Shown here: one piece after another, positions 23,266 through 37,270 of the stretch | How positions within the stretch are numbered: the stretch's first letter is position 1 | How the letters are laid out: each line of letters opens with the position of its first letter | Source of the DNA: Camelus dromedarius | Lineage: Eukaryota | NCBI RefSeq assembly: GCF_036321535.1 | Contig: NC_087436.1 | Span: 22,012,001-22,076,000, forward strand | Reading direction: 5' to 3' | Length of the DNA: 64,000 bases | Program-made: the position numbers and the translations under genes | Notes under the pieces: generated by a model | The model's database searches: none | Told to the model about the DNA's origin: nothing | The model's input: only the letters and a program-made list of their open reading frames with translations

Positions 23266-26200
23266 TTGGCTGCTGCCTTGTGGCCCCTCATCAATGGTAA
23301 AAATCAAATAAAGTGTAACCAAAGTCTTTTTCCGTATTTATTAACTGTTTTTTTCTCAAGTAATCCTACATTTGTCATTTCTGGCTTCTTTGTAGAAAAG
23401 GGGGAGATAAAAATACTTCAAGAGACAAATATTGAGGTTGAAACTGGCAACCACAAAAAAGATTTGCTTGTGAGTTTTGTTTTCACCTTTCCATGAATGT
23501 TCCTTGATTTTTGAAGTGATATGGAAAAGGAGTGGACTGTGCTTGGGAGATCTGGACCAAAGACTATGCACAAAGCCTACAGCATAGCTTTTTTTTTTTT
23601 TTTTTTTTTTTAATTCTACCAAGGAGAGAAATGGGGAAAAATCATAGAATTGGGGGAAAGGGAGATATTTTGCAAATGAATGGTGGGAGGAGGTGACACA
23701 ACTGCAGAGAAGTAAGAAGCTGAGAAGTGATCAGGGTGACAGAGAAAGTAAAGCAGAAACTATGGGATTTTCTGTTTTTCCAAGCACATGATCAAATTCA
23801 GTGCTCCCAGTGGTCCCAAGGCATAGACAGGACAGAGAATATGGAAGGGACAGAGTTATGGAAACACTACACTGCAGAATGAACTCTTCTTAAGCTTATT
23901 AAGTCCTCAGAAATATCAGAGTTAGAAATATTAAGTACCAAAGGTGTTTCTGTCCCCTTCAGTCTGCCTCGTTTACAGTGCACGTGTACATTGATGCTTT
24001 AGGGATACATAATTAGCTTACTCATTAATTATGCTTTTTGTTGGCTCCTGTTTTGGAAACTCATTGATTAGAGTCTTTTAAAGACTTTCTTCCTTAATCT
24101 AGAGGTGTTATCACATAAAAGTATTGAAGGAACTGGAATCCCCGCTGTGAAATCAGACTTGTGAAATTTGAACATACTTAAGAAATGCAACCAGCTTTCA
24201 TTTACTGAGTACTGTTAATTAAAGCATAACCTCTTCCTTAAAATAACTAACAATTAGCTCTGGTGATGGAAGTGTAAATAGAAACACAGTGCATTAATAT
24301 GCTAATAGTCCCCATGGATGTGCAGTCTTTATTCTGGCGCCTTTTCTTTCTTTTTCTTTTTCTTTTTTCTTTTTTTTGGTGCAGAGGTGGATGCAGAAGT
24401 AGGGGAGGCAGCGAGGGATTTTAAAGTACAGTTTATAATTATGGGCACTTAAGAAACTAAATACTTTAAGATCATAATACCTTGAAGGATTAAGAAATGA
24501 GATTATGAATATTTATGTGTTTTGGAAAATCAACAAATTACGTGCATGTATTTAAGAGCAGTTTAAGTATTTGATCCTAGTAAACCATGATCATATTAGG
24601 ACAGAACAATGAGATGTTCTGTGCTGGCTGAATACAAATTAATGAGGTCAGCTGACTGAGTTCCTGACATCTTGTTCGACTGAGTTTCTTATTACTTGGA
24701 ATTAACCAGATGAATGTGTTATTTTTCCATCTCATTTTTGTTTGCATACATATTAATATTGAAAGTTTTTTATAGAGATATGATAACCTTTCATCTGTGT
24801 CCTTGATGTGGGGCTATTGTCCAACTCCCTGTTCTTGTACTCCCCTGAACAACTGAACCTAAGATTATCTTTCTTAATAACTTCAGCAGAAATGCAATTA
24901 ATCATTGTAACAAATAAGAAGAATCTGTGGATTTGGAATGACTATTGTTCCCTCCCTCTACATCCTTCACCCCTTCGGATTCATTGCAGTGCATCTTCCG
25001 CTGTGGCAGATGGATAGATGATGCTTGGCTGGTAGGGAGACAGGGAATGCCCTGGGGTGAGGGGGTGGGGGTGAGAGGGTCATTCTTAGAATTAAAGTGA
25101 CATTTTTGTTATTTTCCTCACCATGAGGAAATGGCCTGTTTTCTCAGAATGGGCTGTTCTAACATCCAGCTGTTTGGTGGAGTCCTCAGAGATTGGAATT
25201 GAAGCCCATGGTTTGAATATGAGAGCCCAGGTTCTAACAGTGATGTCGATGTCTCCTGGATAGATGCTGGTTGTCCGCTCTATTTTAAAACTCTTAGAAA
25301 CTGAAACAGCATAGACGAAAGTGTTTTTTTAGCACTTCATTTTCAATGTTCAGCCCTAGGGGATCAAGCTGGGAATCTGAGTCTTTCATATGTTACAGTG
25401 AAAACTCAGAGGAAGGAGGAATTTGTGAATGAAAAGAGCATCCCCATCAAAACTTTCTTCTCTCTTTCTTCTTCCTCTCAAGCAGCACAGTGTTTGGGAA
25501 GGTCCTGAACAAGGTTCTCTCAGTACCCAGCTGAGGGCCACCATAAATCTACAAAGACATGAGTAGGTCACAAAACTGTTTTTGCCCATGATAGAAACTT
25601 AAATTTCTGATATATTTTGCAGGAGGGCACATTGATCTCAGTCCTTTTGCTTTGGGGTTTAAATGTTTGCTGTATCCCCAGATTGTTAGATTTTTAGCTT
25701 ACAGGACAGAGTCCCATGTCCAATAGACAATGAACATTTCTCATCTGAGGATATATATCCTAAGACATTTATTTTTACTGCCAATAACTAGCAACTGTCC
25801 ATTTATACCTTTTGGAAAAAGTGATCTTATCTAGGTTGGGTGTAAATTTATTCTATTATGTGTGTTATATGTCTAAGGAAGTTTGGTTCTTGTACAATTC
25901 CCTAGGCAGAATTACCCAGTTAAGTTTTTATATTTTTCAGTGGAAAACCATTTTCTATTTAGTATACTCTGACTTGGCTTGATTTCAGCATTGACTTCTT
26001 AGATGTTTAAGTCTAACTACACCTGTTGAGATAAAAATTCTGTGGCTAGCCTTCCTCTTGACCTGAAAGATATGGTGCACTGGATAAGGAAAAAGAAATT
26101 AAAATTGTTGATCACTAAGTATATACCAAGCACTATGTCTAATTACTAGTTTCTTTCTTAATCCTCATAAAAATTCTTTGAGGGAAGTATCATTATGTCC

Positions 26201-26749
26201 ATTTTAAAGATGAAGAAATTGGGATTCTGAAAACTTAGGTCAAGTCAAAGATAGTTTATTTTTCCCTGCTACACTATGGCACATACGCAGTTGATAGGAT
26301 TTCTCTCCTTTTCGTTCCCACAATGTGATATTTCTCCTTCAACTGATACTTTTAAAACATTCTTCATTTGGAGCCTAAAAATTGAGAAAAAATTTTCAGT
26401 ATTCAAATACAGGAAAAAAACCCTCACATCTAAACATTTTAAGCACTTAAATATATGCAACAAACTACAGGTGTCTGAAAAATTTTTATAATGAAGTGGC
26501 CAGCTACTCTTCATGAAAAAATAGTTGTTATTGACTATTGTGAAATGGCTAGATTTATGTCTCATACTTTGGCCTTATTTTTCCCTTTTCTTTTCTGTGT
26601 GCTACATGGTCCTCTCAACCTGTTCATTCTCTCAGCCTTAGTCTTTTGAATGAACATACAGAAGTAGTTCAGGGTCTAACATGTTGCTGCCCTTCATAAA
26701 TCACTTCTTGTCCTTCCTACCCTTGATAAGTCATATATATTTACAAAGA

Positions 26750-27642
26750 GCGTATTTATATTTCATTGGGGTATAATTGACATAACAATAAAATGGACAG
26801 ATCTTAAGTGTTCAGTGTGATGGGTCCGACAACGTATGTGGCCATGTGGCCTCTATGCAAGGCAAGATGTAAAACATTTCCATCATTCCAGAAGGTTCTG
26901 GTGTGTCTGTCTGCAGTCAGTTGCCACCCCCCCCACCCCGAGGCAATTGCTTTATCATATCTACTGATGTAGATTTGTTGTGCTTGTTAAAAAGTTTGTG
27001 TGATTGAAATCACATAGCACGTGCTCCCTTGTATCTGGTGTCTTTTGCTCAACATATGTTTTTGAGATTCATTCATATTGTGTGGTGATTCAATTACTGA
27101 ATGGTATTCTGTTGTAGTGATATGCTACAATTTGTTTATCCAGTCTCTTATTGATGGACACTTAATTGTTTCCAGATTTTAACAATGAGTAAGTCTCAAC
27201 ATTTGAATACAAGTATTTGTGTGAAATTGTGCCTTTATTTTGGAGGGGTAAATACTGAGGAGTATAATAGTTATGTCATAGGTCAGGTACATGCTTAACT
27301 TTTCTGGCAACTGTCCTTCAAAGTTATTGTACAGCTTTAGTCTCCTGTTCTTCGTAACGCATGAGCATTCCAGTTACTCCACCAACAATGATACTGTCAG
27401 TCTTTTCCATTTAACATTCTAGTGGGTATGAAGTGGTATCTCACTGTGGTCTTAATTTTCATTTTCCTGATAACTAATTATGTCGAGCACCTTTTCCTGT
27501 GCTTATTGGCTACTTATCTTTTTGTGTGTGTGAAGTGTCTGTTCAAGTCTTTGCCTGTTTAAAAAAATTGATTTTCTTTTTATTGTTGATTTCTAAGAAT
27601 TCTTCATATTTTGTGGATACTGGGTACAAGTGCTTTTGATGA

Positions 27643-27686
<44 letters not shown>

Positions 27687-29085
27687 AAGTCTTTGGCTTG
27701 CCTAATAATTTCCATAATGATGTATTTTGTTGATCAGAAATTTAAATTTTAAAATTTTAAATATTAAGTCCAGTTTATCAGTTTTTTTTCCTTCAGTTAG
27801 TGCTCTTGTACCCTAAGAAATCTCCCTAACCTCAGGCCACGAGAGTATTCTCCAGTGATTTTCTCCAAAATATTTTATAGTTCTAGCCTTTACATTTTTG
27901 TAATGAGGTAGGGATCAAAGTTATTTTCTCCTATGTAGATACCTAGTTATTCCAGCATCATTTGTTAAAAAATACTTTTTTCTCTAGTGAATTTAGTTGA
28001 TGCCTTGACTGGAATATCAGTGTCTCCTGTGAATATATTTCTGGATGCTCTGTTTTGTTCCATTGATCTATTTGTCTAGCTTCATGACAATAACATGATT
28101 ATTGCTGCTCCATAATAAATCCTGAAATCTGTAGTTTAAATCCTTTATCTTTACCAGCTTCTTCTTTTAATTGAGGTTGTTGTTTTTGGTTTTTACCAAT
28201 TCTAAAGCCTTTTGTCTTTCCATATATATTTTAGAATAACTTGTGAATTACATTAAAAAAAAAACCTGTTGGGATTTTGGATTAGAATTGTATTGAATCT
28301 ATAGATTAATTTGGAGAGATGGACATCTTAATGATATTGTTGAGTCTCTTGTTCTATAGATATGGGATGTGTATCATTCCATTTATTTAGGTCTTTAAAC
28401 TTTTATCAGCAATGTATTTATGCTCAGTATACAAATCATAATGTATTTTAGACTTATTTCTAGGTATATGATTTTTTTATACTGATATACAAAGTGTTTT
28501 TTTTAAATAAAGTTTTTAATTTAATTATTGCTTGCTAATAGGTAGAGATATAATCATTTCTGTTTACTGACTTTGTATCCAAGGTGGCAGTCTTGCTAAA
28601 TTCAATTCTAAAGGGTATTTTTATAGATTCCATTAAGTTTTGTAAAATACACAATTATGTTATCTAATGAAAGATTTATGTTTCCCTTTCCAGTCATTGT
28701 GCATTTATATTTCTGTATTGCACTGGCTAGGTAGGACCTTTAGTGCAGTATTGATAGAAGTGGTAACAGTGGAAATCCTGATTTGTTCCCAAATTTAAGG
28801 GAAAAGTGTTCAATATCTCACCATTAAGTATGATCTTAACTGTAGGTTTTTCATAGATGCCTTTTATCAGATTGAGGAATTTCTGTTTTATCTATAATTT
28901 TCTATGTTTTTTTTTTTGTTTTTTTTTTTTTTTTACTGTGAATGGTGTTGAATTGAGTCAGAATTCATTAGGTTTCTTTTGTTTTTGGTATGTATTGAGA
29001 CATTAAAATGTTTTTCTTATGTATTCTGTTAATGTAGTGAATTACCTCAATATATTTCTGTATATTAAACAAATCTTAGATTCCT
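26750..29085 (-). mobile_element. Old L1 (L1MB/L1MC-like), ~2.3 kb 3' portion, decayed
   Basis: 3' end ttcattggggtataattgacataacaataaaatggacagatcttaagtg and antisense ORF2 motifs such as gtggtatctcactgtggtcttaatt, ttccagcatcatttgttaaaaa, gaatctatagattaatttgg, caccattaagtatgat. Confidence 0.9.
27651..27684. repeat. (GT)17 microsatellite within old L1
   Basis: Perfect GT dinucleotide run. Confidence 0.95.
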
Positions 29086-30255
29086 GGAGCAGTTTTCCTT
29101 TTTCAGACTCACTGCCCTCCCACCTCTTTCCCAAGCTTCAGCCTAGTGCCTGGGGAGCCAACCTCTGCTCTTCTGCTCTTGCCTTAGAGAAAGCCCTGTG
29201 CACCTAAGCAGTGACTCCTCTGCCCTCTTGCACCCATCCTTCGTTGGGATACCCTCCTGCATGATGTGAAGTCCATGGGAAAAAGTGGAGGGACGGGTGA
29301 GAGACTCAGGCTGTGTCTAGGGTTCCTTGGGATTCAGATCTCTCACTCCTGGTCACACGTGCTCATTGAAAGTTCATTACAAGTTCATCTGGTTTCTCTG
29401 GAAGGTCTTCCTGCTGCTCAGGAAAGGATGACATCAGCTCTGGGCATTTCTTCCTCTAGGAAGGGTCTGTCAGTGTCTGGATGTCATTTCATTTTGGTTT
29501 ATTTCCACTCTCAGTTTTCTGATGGGTTTAACAAAAGCTGTGATCTGGTGGTGTATGTAGCTGACTTCTCAGTGTAACAATGGGAGTGACAGTCTCTTGC
29601 GACTTTTTACATCTTAACTAGAAGCGGAAGTGCTAGTTATTTGATTTCTGTATATCTGCATTTCCAGCTCTCTCTTTAATTTCCCCTTCTCTGTAGTTTA
29701 CGTAACAAGTGCATTACATTCTGTGCTGCTCTTTGCATCGTTTTTAACTTTTCTCTCTCTTCCAGTTCTTTCTTGGTGCTGCTTTCATCAGCACATGCAC
29801 AGTACTTGTTCTTCATCATCTGTTCAGAGATTTGGTTTTTCTGTTGTTGTTTTTGTTTGGATTCCCACAATTGAAAAAAGGATACTCATCCATACCGCCT
29901 CACTTTCCACAAGAAAATGCTGTTTGCATGGAGAAAGACTGGCTCTTTGGCAATAAAATAAGAACATGAATTTATTCATGAAGCAAAACAAGTTTCTTAG
30001 AAGTTTTTTCTGGGCTGTAGTGGAGTGGCTGTTTGACCCTGAGCGGCCACGTCCTTGTTTTATGGATATCAGCAGAACTGTAGTTTTAGTCTTTTCACCC
30101 TTGACTGTTTTCAAATGTGTGAGTTTTGGAAACATTGTCTAACCTAGATAAAGGACAAAACAACAATACCTGGAATTAATTTGCTTTTTTTCCAATTAAA
30201 GTAGAAATGATTAGTTAAGGCCATTTCCCATTCTCTTTCCAAAACTGGGCAACTG

Positions 30256-30381
30256 AGTCAGGGGAGGGTAGAGTGCGTGCTTCTGGGGTGCACGAGGTCC
30301 TGGGTTCAATCCATTGAAAAAAATAATGAATAAATAAATAAATAAGTAAACTTAATGACCCCCCCCCAAAAAAAGACAACC
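30256..30381 (+). mobile_element. tRNA-derived SINE (camelid Vic-1 type), internally deleted, 14-bp TSD
   Basis: ggggagggtagagtgcgtgctt...gcacgaggtcctgggttcaatcc (B box), (TAAA)n and C7A7 tail; TSD aaactgggcaactg at 30242-30255 and 30382-30395. Confidence 0.85.
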
Positions 30382-30489
30382 AAACTGGGCAACTGTATTC
30401 ATGTTAATCATAAACATAGAGAAGAATGATCAACATTGTGTTTCCTCCTGGAATGCTGAGATTGGTGGATTAGTAATCCTTCTAATATA

Positions 30490-31080
30490 AAGAGTTCTTT
30501 CAAGTTTAGAAGTAGGATCAAAAAATTAAGCAAAGTTATTTGAAGAGGCAGACCTCAGAAAAAATAAATCCAAATGACCAAGAAATACAAAACTTCTAAC
30601 TGTATTTTCTTGGAAACACAAAATTAAAATAGCAATGTGGTCATCAACTTTGGCTAATAAACTGGCAAAAATTTAAAGACCATTGCTGTCCTTAGAATTC
30701 TGACTGAATGTAAAATTTTACAGCTAAAAAAAGAAAAAGACAACGATCTGCCAGCATCTATTAAAATGGAAATTATATATTTTGATTTAACAGTGTTACT
30801 CTTAGTTGTCCACCTCATAGATGTAAAACCACCAGTACTTTAAAATAATAGTGAAAAATTAGAAACAGAGTGAGTGCCTATCTGTAGGGGAATGTGTGAA
30901 TAAACTCTGGTGTGTCCAAATTAGGGGTATTATGAAGCTTTAGAAAAGACAGATTAATTAATTGGCACTCCACATGCAGACTTGGAATAAGATCCACAAG
31001 GTATTGCAGGCTTGAGAAAAGCAAGATATGAAAACGGTGTGTAATAAGAACCCCACTTTTTGAAAATGAACAATGGAAAA
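30490..31080 (+). mobile_element. Very old L1 (L1MC/L1ME-like) fragment
   Basis: tataaagagttctttcaa..., taaactggcaaaaatttaaaga, gggaatgtgtgaataaactctggtgtgtcca resemble decayed sense L1 3' sequence. Confidence 0.6.
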
Positions 31081-34000
31081 TGCCTTTATATATGTGTGGG
31101 TACTGTGTTTATAGCTAAGCAATATATAGTTGCATATGACTGCTGTGAGAACATAAAGAAATAAATGCAGCGGATGGAACAGGAGAGGAGAGGAGTAGAT
31201 AATGAGGAGAAAGAGAAAGAAAAGAAAATGAGAGTGTGAAATAATAATATAAAAACAGTCCTGCTAATGGAGTTGCTGAAAGACTTCCTCATTTTTAATA
31301 AAACAGAATAAATGCAACTTAGAAAGGAAAATGTCCTTTATATTACTTCCCTTCCCTACAACATACTTTGTCCTGAGAGAAGTGTCACTTCTGCATCCTG
31401 AAGATTCCATGTGGGAGGGAACTGCCGGGACCAAGTGGCCGCCTGGAGGAATGCTGGGGTGGGCACGGGGGATGTGGGGGGCCTGCTGTTGGGGACCCTC
31501 GGTAGGGAATGAAGACAGCCGCTGAAAACATCACCGAGGGCAGTCAGAGTGGAAGAGGAAGAAAATGACGATCATTTGCATTACTTGAAGCCCTGGGAAC
31601 TCCCTGAAATAACTTGGGGAACTCGTAGGGGACTCTTGGCTCCGCATTTGAGAGTGGGAGCTCCATCTTCTCATGCTGTTACAGTCAGCGAACTGAATCA
31701 TGAATTCGTGCTTCCAAGTAGATCTCGGAGCATGTATTTATGTATTTATTTTACCTGCTAACATCAGTCCGATGATCTGATAACTGACCACTGGGATGTG
31801 TGAGTCTAACTTGGACCCTGAACTGAGAGAGAGTTTATTTCTGCTTCGGCTGACTTCCCTCTGTCTGAGCTATTTACCTCATTCTGATGGTTTGCAAGCA
31901 TTCCCCAGTTGCTCCCATTTGTCCAGGGGCTTAGGCTGTGAGCGCCTGGCTGGCCAGCTCTGTCCCGTTCTTGCAGCCGCCTTCTCGGCACAGCTGTAAG
32001 TGCAGGTGGGAGCTTAGCGAACACTCCATCCTATGGGGGTGAGCCCTGAACAGCCCGACGTGGGCACTGAGGACACGGTTCTTGTATCGACTTCCCATTC
32101 CTGCTTGGTTTTACAAAGCTGGAATGTGATATGTGGCCGAAACATCTCTTCTGGTTAGAAAAGGAGCAGAAACGACTGATGTGGAAGGTTAGTCTGCTTC
32201 AGCTCCGAATAGCTTTTAATCACCTTAAGTTGATACACCCTGCACAGCAAGAACAGGGGGGAATTCTAAAGAAACATAGGCTTTCCTTAGTCATTTGAAC
32301 GGAATGATAATTACAGCTAGGTTCAAGCTGGTATTTAAATTCATGAGAAAAGTATTTTTAAACATACTGAGAAAAGTCACTAGTATATACCAAGGCAGAA
32401 GGTGATGCCCCATTCTGAAAAAATGTTAAGAGCCATCTGTTTCCACATCACAAAGATTTTCTTCTCATGTTGCTGTGAGCCGGGTGACTCAGGTTTCAGG
32501 GCAGTAAGTCAAGCTCTCTTTTAAGATGTGCTCCCTGAGGATGGAGCTAAATGCTGAGGTGGCAGCCGTTCCTTATCGCACATCCTAAGATATTCAGAGT
32601 GTGAATTCACAGAGAGATTGGTCTTTCATACAAACTTGGGTAATAGTTTTTAACAGAGAGAGAGAGAGAGTGAGAGAGCATGAGCATGAGCAGATTTTGG
32701 AAGGCGCTACAGAGATTCGTGTAATCAGAAGGGGTCTGTAAGGATATTTAACCTTTTAAATAATACCCTGATCTTTTTTAAACTGCTATTTTGGTTTTTT
32801 AAAAAAGGCACCGATCGTTACATTAGCATGGTGGAATGTGGGAAAGCAGTTTCCCAAGAAAATCTTAATTGGCTAGCATTTAAGTACAAACAGGAGCTCA
32901 GCCACCTCACCCCTACCTGCCCCCACTCTGGGAATCAGGAGCGTATGTTATGGGTGCCACGTTTGCTTTTCATTCCTGGGTTTAAATTGAGGCATAGTGA
33001 AATGTGCATAGCAGCTTGCTCTGGCTTCCGAACAACAGAGACGATGGCCTCAAATGAGAAACTCTAGACATGTGCTTGTGTATTCATATCTACCTGTGTA
33101 ACAGTTTTAAATATGAGTATGTAAACAGTCATATTCACAGATTTGTATATATGTGTACATTAGGTAAAGCCCTAAACTTTAGATTCTAGGATTAGATTCA
33201 TTGGTTGCCAAACAAGGCCAAAAATATGCTTAGGGCAATGTCAGGATGCAGAGAGATGGTCTTCTACCTGTGAAGAGAACCTTTTCAGTTAGTGCAGGCT
33301 TGAAGGCAGAGGCATATCTGTCAGATTCTGTTTTACTGTCTTCCCCATCCGGCTGTCCCCAGCACACACATGTAATAGTTGCCTTCCCTTGTGATTAACT
33401 TCTCTGACTCTGAACTTGCAGTCTAAACAAGTATCTGAGAAAGGACGATACCTAACTGGAGGTGAATGATTATAACAGATCATAGGAGGCATTTGAAAAC
33501 CATACCAATAGATGCTAAAACAGGGTTTCTGAATGCCATCATGGGAAAAGCAGGTTCACATAGTTTTGGAAGCAAGTGTAGCAAGAACATTTTCAAACTT
33601 GGGAATCAAGGATACGAGTCTTTTTCCCCACAAGGGGTCCCTTCCCAATCGGGATGCCACATTGAGGCCAAAGAATGTCGGTTTAGAATCAGAAGCTCTC
33701 ATCTCAGATCTGCTACATAGTTATGTGGCTTCGAACAAGCTACCTGTTTTTGGTTTCCCTGGCTCTGAAATGGACACCATAATACCTGATCTGTCCACTG
33801 CTTGAAAGGAAAACAGGCTAACACGTGTAAAAGTGCCCTGGAAATGAAACACGCAACAGAAATGTAGGCATCCTCATCATTTCCTGCAGGTGTCCTCCTT
33901 GTTCCCGGGGTGTTCTTTCCCGAAGGACATGGGGGTATTTCCAGGACAAAGGATTAGTGTTTTCGTGGTATCTGGCTCCTCAGGGTTGACCATGTTTCCA

Positions 34001-36424
34001 GTGAGTTGATCGGCCTGGGTATCCCGTCTGTGTTCTCGTGAGGTGATGTGTGGCTGGCCGCTGAGCCTGTGCTGGTGCACGGAGCTGTTTCAGTTTGAAA
34101 CATATGAACAGCAATGAATAAGAACCAATTTCCTCCGTTTTTATTTTAGTATTTTAGTAACCCGATACTCTGTATTCTGATACTGCAATATTCATTTCCC
34201 GAGTGTTTCTTTCCAAAAGGGGAGAAAAACTGCAAAAGATGATTGCAAGACATGTCCCCGCTTTTCACTGTAAGAGTCATTTTGATACCTGATTCTCATC
34301 TTCTGCCCTGGGTTGCAAACGACGTTGTGTCTATGGGTCTGTCTTCTGAAACCACACATGGGAAAGAATAAGAGAGGGGAAAAAACCCTCTTCTTTAAGA
34401 TTCACTTTTGCAATCGTGCTTATGCTTGATGGGCTGACCAGTGAGTCACCCTGTACCTCCTTTTCACTATTCCAGCACTGAGTCATCATCCAGTTTGATT
34501 TTTGAGACATCATTCGAACTGCCCCAGATGAAAGGCTTATATAGGATATTTCTGACCTTGAATATAGTAGATAGTAAAAGCGGAGAATAAAGAAGTCTTT
34601 TCTATCTTCCTTGCCACCTTACTTTGCTTTCTTTCTCAAGATATTTGTTAGACAAAAGAAGCAGAATGTTTCTTCTCTCATCTGACCTCATGAAATTCAT
34701 GAGTACTTAACTAGATGAGATTGTTTGAAGGAGACTCTGAGACCATAGTCACCTAAAAGTTGTGAAAAAACTTTTTTTTTGGCTTTTCTTCTGTGAGGCA
34801 AATGGCTTCACCAATTAGACTGTCAGAAACACCAAAGATAAAATAGAAGAAAAGGCTTAAGAGTTATTAGTTGATTAAACATCAGACCAGAGTACGAGTG
34901 ATGGTATTGGGTGGCAGATTAAAGGAGAGGATTAACTTGCCCTATGGCTGTGCATGTCACTTCACCTGTTACAGCAGTGCTAATTCTATTTGGGACAGCA
35001 CAGAAAAAAAAAAAAAAAGAACAAATAAATGACATAAAACTTCAATAATTACAAAGAACTTGTATATACAGTATTATAATTGATCCTTATAGGGATCCTG
35101 TTGTGTCAGGGAGCTGGAAGGTAAATTTAAATCATTTGTTCAAGGTTGTATTAAAATGTCAACCAGAATCTAAGTCTTCTGATACTGAATCCATTGGACT
35201 GTAGGAGGTTTTTCAGGAACAGTAAGTTTCCTAACTATTAATAATTTGATTTGATGATGACTTTCAATCAATCCACTGTGGAAGGTAACCACACTTGTAA
35301 ATGTGGTTAAGAACTTCTTCTTACGTTGACCTCCAGTAAGGGAAAGAGGAAGAATTTATGTTGTGAAGGCTCTGTGAATATCCAGAGTAACTGCCTTGGA
35401 TAATGCATCTCTCATGGGGTCAGCGTATCTGAGTTAGGTGCTAACACACTCTGATGACTCTTCCATTGTTCGTTTCAGTTTGGATAAGCCTACCTTGGGT
35501 TGCCACATAATACCTATGGCTACGTTAGTGTTATTTGGTGCCTGTCTCAGGTTAGCTGAGTTACAGCATGTGAGACTTCAGTATCAATGAACTGACATCC
35601 AGGAGGTGCTAAGCCATGTTGTGAGATGATCATGAGATCTTATTCCAGGATGCTGATAATGTCAAGATAAAAATAGTCAAGTGCGGAGAAGAGCTTATGT
35701 CTTAGTGCTGCTTCCTCTAATTGGAAATTCCTAGAGATTATTTGCTCTGCCATGTTTAGTCATGTCACAGTTTATTAATTCACTTAAATATTTAAACTTA
35801 TCCTGTAAAATGTTGGCTTTATTAAGAAAACATAAAGATATGACAAATGGACAAGCTTCTTTATATCAATTTGATTTTTGTTACCATGAGTTTGACATGC
35901 AGAGGGGATATTCCTGTAGAAATATCTAAGCAGTTATTTGGAAATGGGTGCATGGAATTAGGGGAGAGTGACAAGATTTATATTGTGTAGAAACATCTGT
36001 CTAATGGTAGATTAAAATTGTTTTGTATTTTTTCCTACACAGCAGAGGGGAAGGGGTGTACTATCTGATTTTGTTCCAGTTCCTCAGGAAAGTAAACTTG
36101 TCCCAGACTGTTCTTGTGTCTTATGACTAGAATTGTGTCCCACAGTTACCAATAATAGCACAGAAAATTGATAAAACAAGTCTCTGTTCTTTTAAACCTT
36201 CTTTATTGGAATCTGCAAAAAAGAAGCAAGTTGGAAATGACTTTTGAATTAGGCAAGTAACCACAGTATTTGGAATAGAGATTTAGAAGGCATCCTTACA
36301 GAAGTGATCTTTGAAAATGAGAGAATCAAGAAAGAAAAATTGGAGAAAATGATCAAAGTCAGAACCTTGGGAAATAGGGACATGTGGAGAATGAGAGATG
36401 ATCAGGTTTCAGTGAAAGATGAAG

Positions 36425-37151
36425 AGCAACCTTACGCCCATTAGGATGGCTCCTGTCAAAAACCCAGAAAACAAAAGGGTTATTTCCTCATGGCTCGGAT
36501 GTGGAGAAATTGGAACCCTTGTGCACTATTGGGGGAAATGCAAAATGGGTACAACTACTATGGAAAACAGTATGGAGATTCCTCAAAAAATTAAAAATAG
36601 AATTACTGTATGACCCCACAATCCCACTTCTGGGTGTATATCCAAAAAGCTGAAATCAGGACCCCAGAGATACACACACACCCATTCAAAGCAGCACTAT
36701 TCGCAATAGCTGAGAGGTGAAAACAACCCAAATGTCTATCAATGGAGGAATGGATTAAAAATATGTGGTATATACAGACAATAGAATATTCAGCATTGAA
36801 AAGGAAGGAAATACTATTACATGCTGTAACCAGGTGAACCTTGATGATATTATACTATTTGAAATAAGCCAATCACAAACAGACAAATACTGTATGATCT
36901 CATATTTAAAGTAATCAAATTCATAGAAACAGAAAGTAGAGTGGTGGTTACCAAGGGCTGGGGAGAAGGGGAAAGGGAAGTTGTCATTTAACGAGTATAG
37001 AGTTTCAGTTTTACAAGGTGAAAAACTTTTGGAGATCTGTTTCACAACAATATGGATATACTTAACACTACTGAATTGTCTACTTAAACATGGCTAAGAT
37101 GATAAATTATATGTTATGTGCTTCTTCCATAATTAAAAAAAAAAAAAAAAA
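36425..37151 (+). mobile_element. L1 (L1MB-like) 3' end with poly-A
   Basis: cccattaggatggct...gagaaattggaacccttgtgcact...ggaaaacagtatggagattcctcaaaaaattaaaaatagaattac...acttaacactactgaa...ctaagatgataaatt then A-run. Confidence 0.9.
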
Positions 37152-37154
37152 CGA

Positions 37155-37270
37155 CCTCAGATTTCTGCTTTGGTAGGTTTAGGCTTGGGCCTGAAAAGTT
37201 GAATTTCTATCACGTTCCAAGTAGTGCTATTATCGGTGGCCCACTGATCATACTTTGGGTATCACTGCTC
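37155..37270 (+). mobile_element. MER5A (hAT-Charlie MITE) half
   Basis: cagatttctgctttggtaggtttaggcttgggcctgaaaagttgaatttcta...catactttgggtatcactg. Confidence 0.6.

Noticed and set aside
24601..24622. acagaaca-atgaga-tgttctgt inverted repeat as an androgen/glucocorticoid response element
   Set aside because: The spacer is 6 nt, not the required 3.
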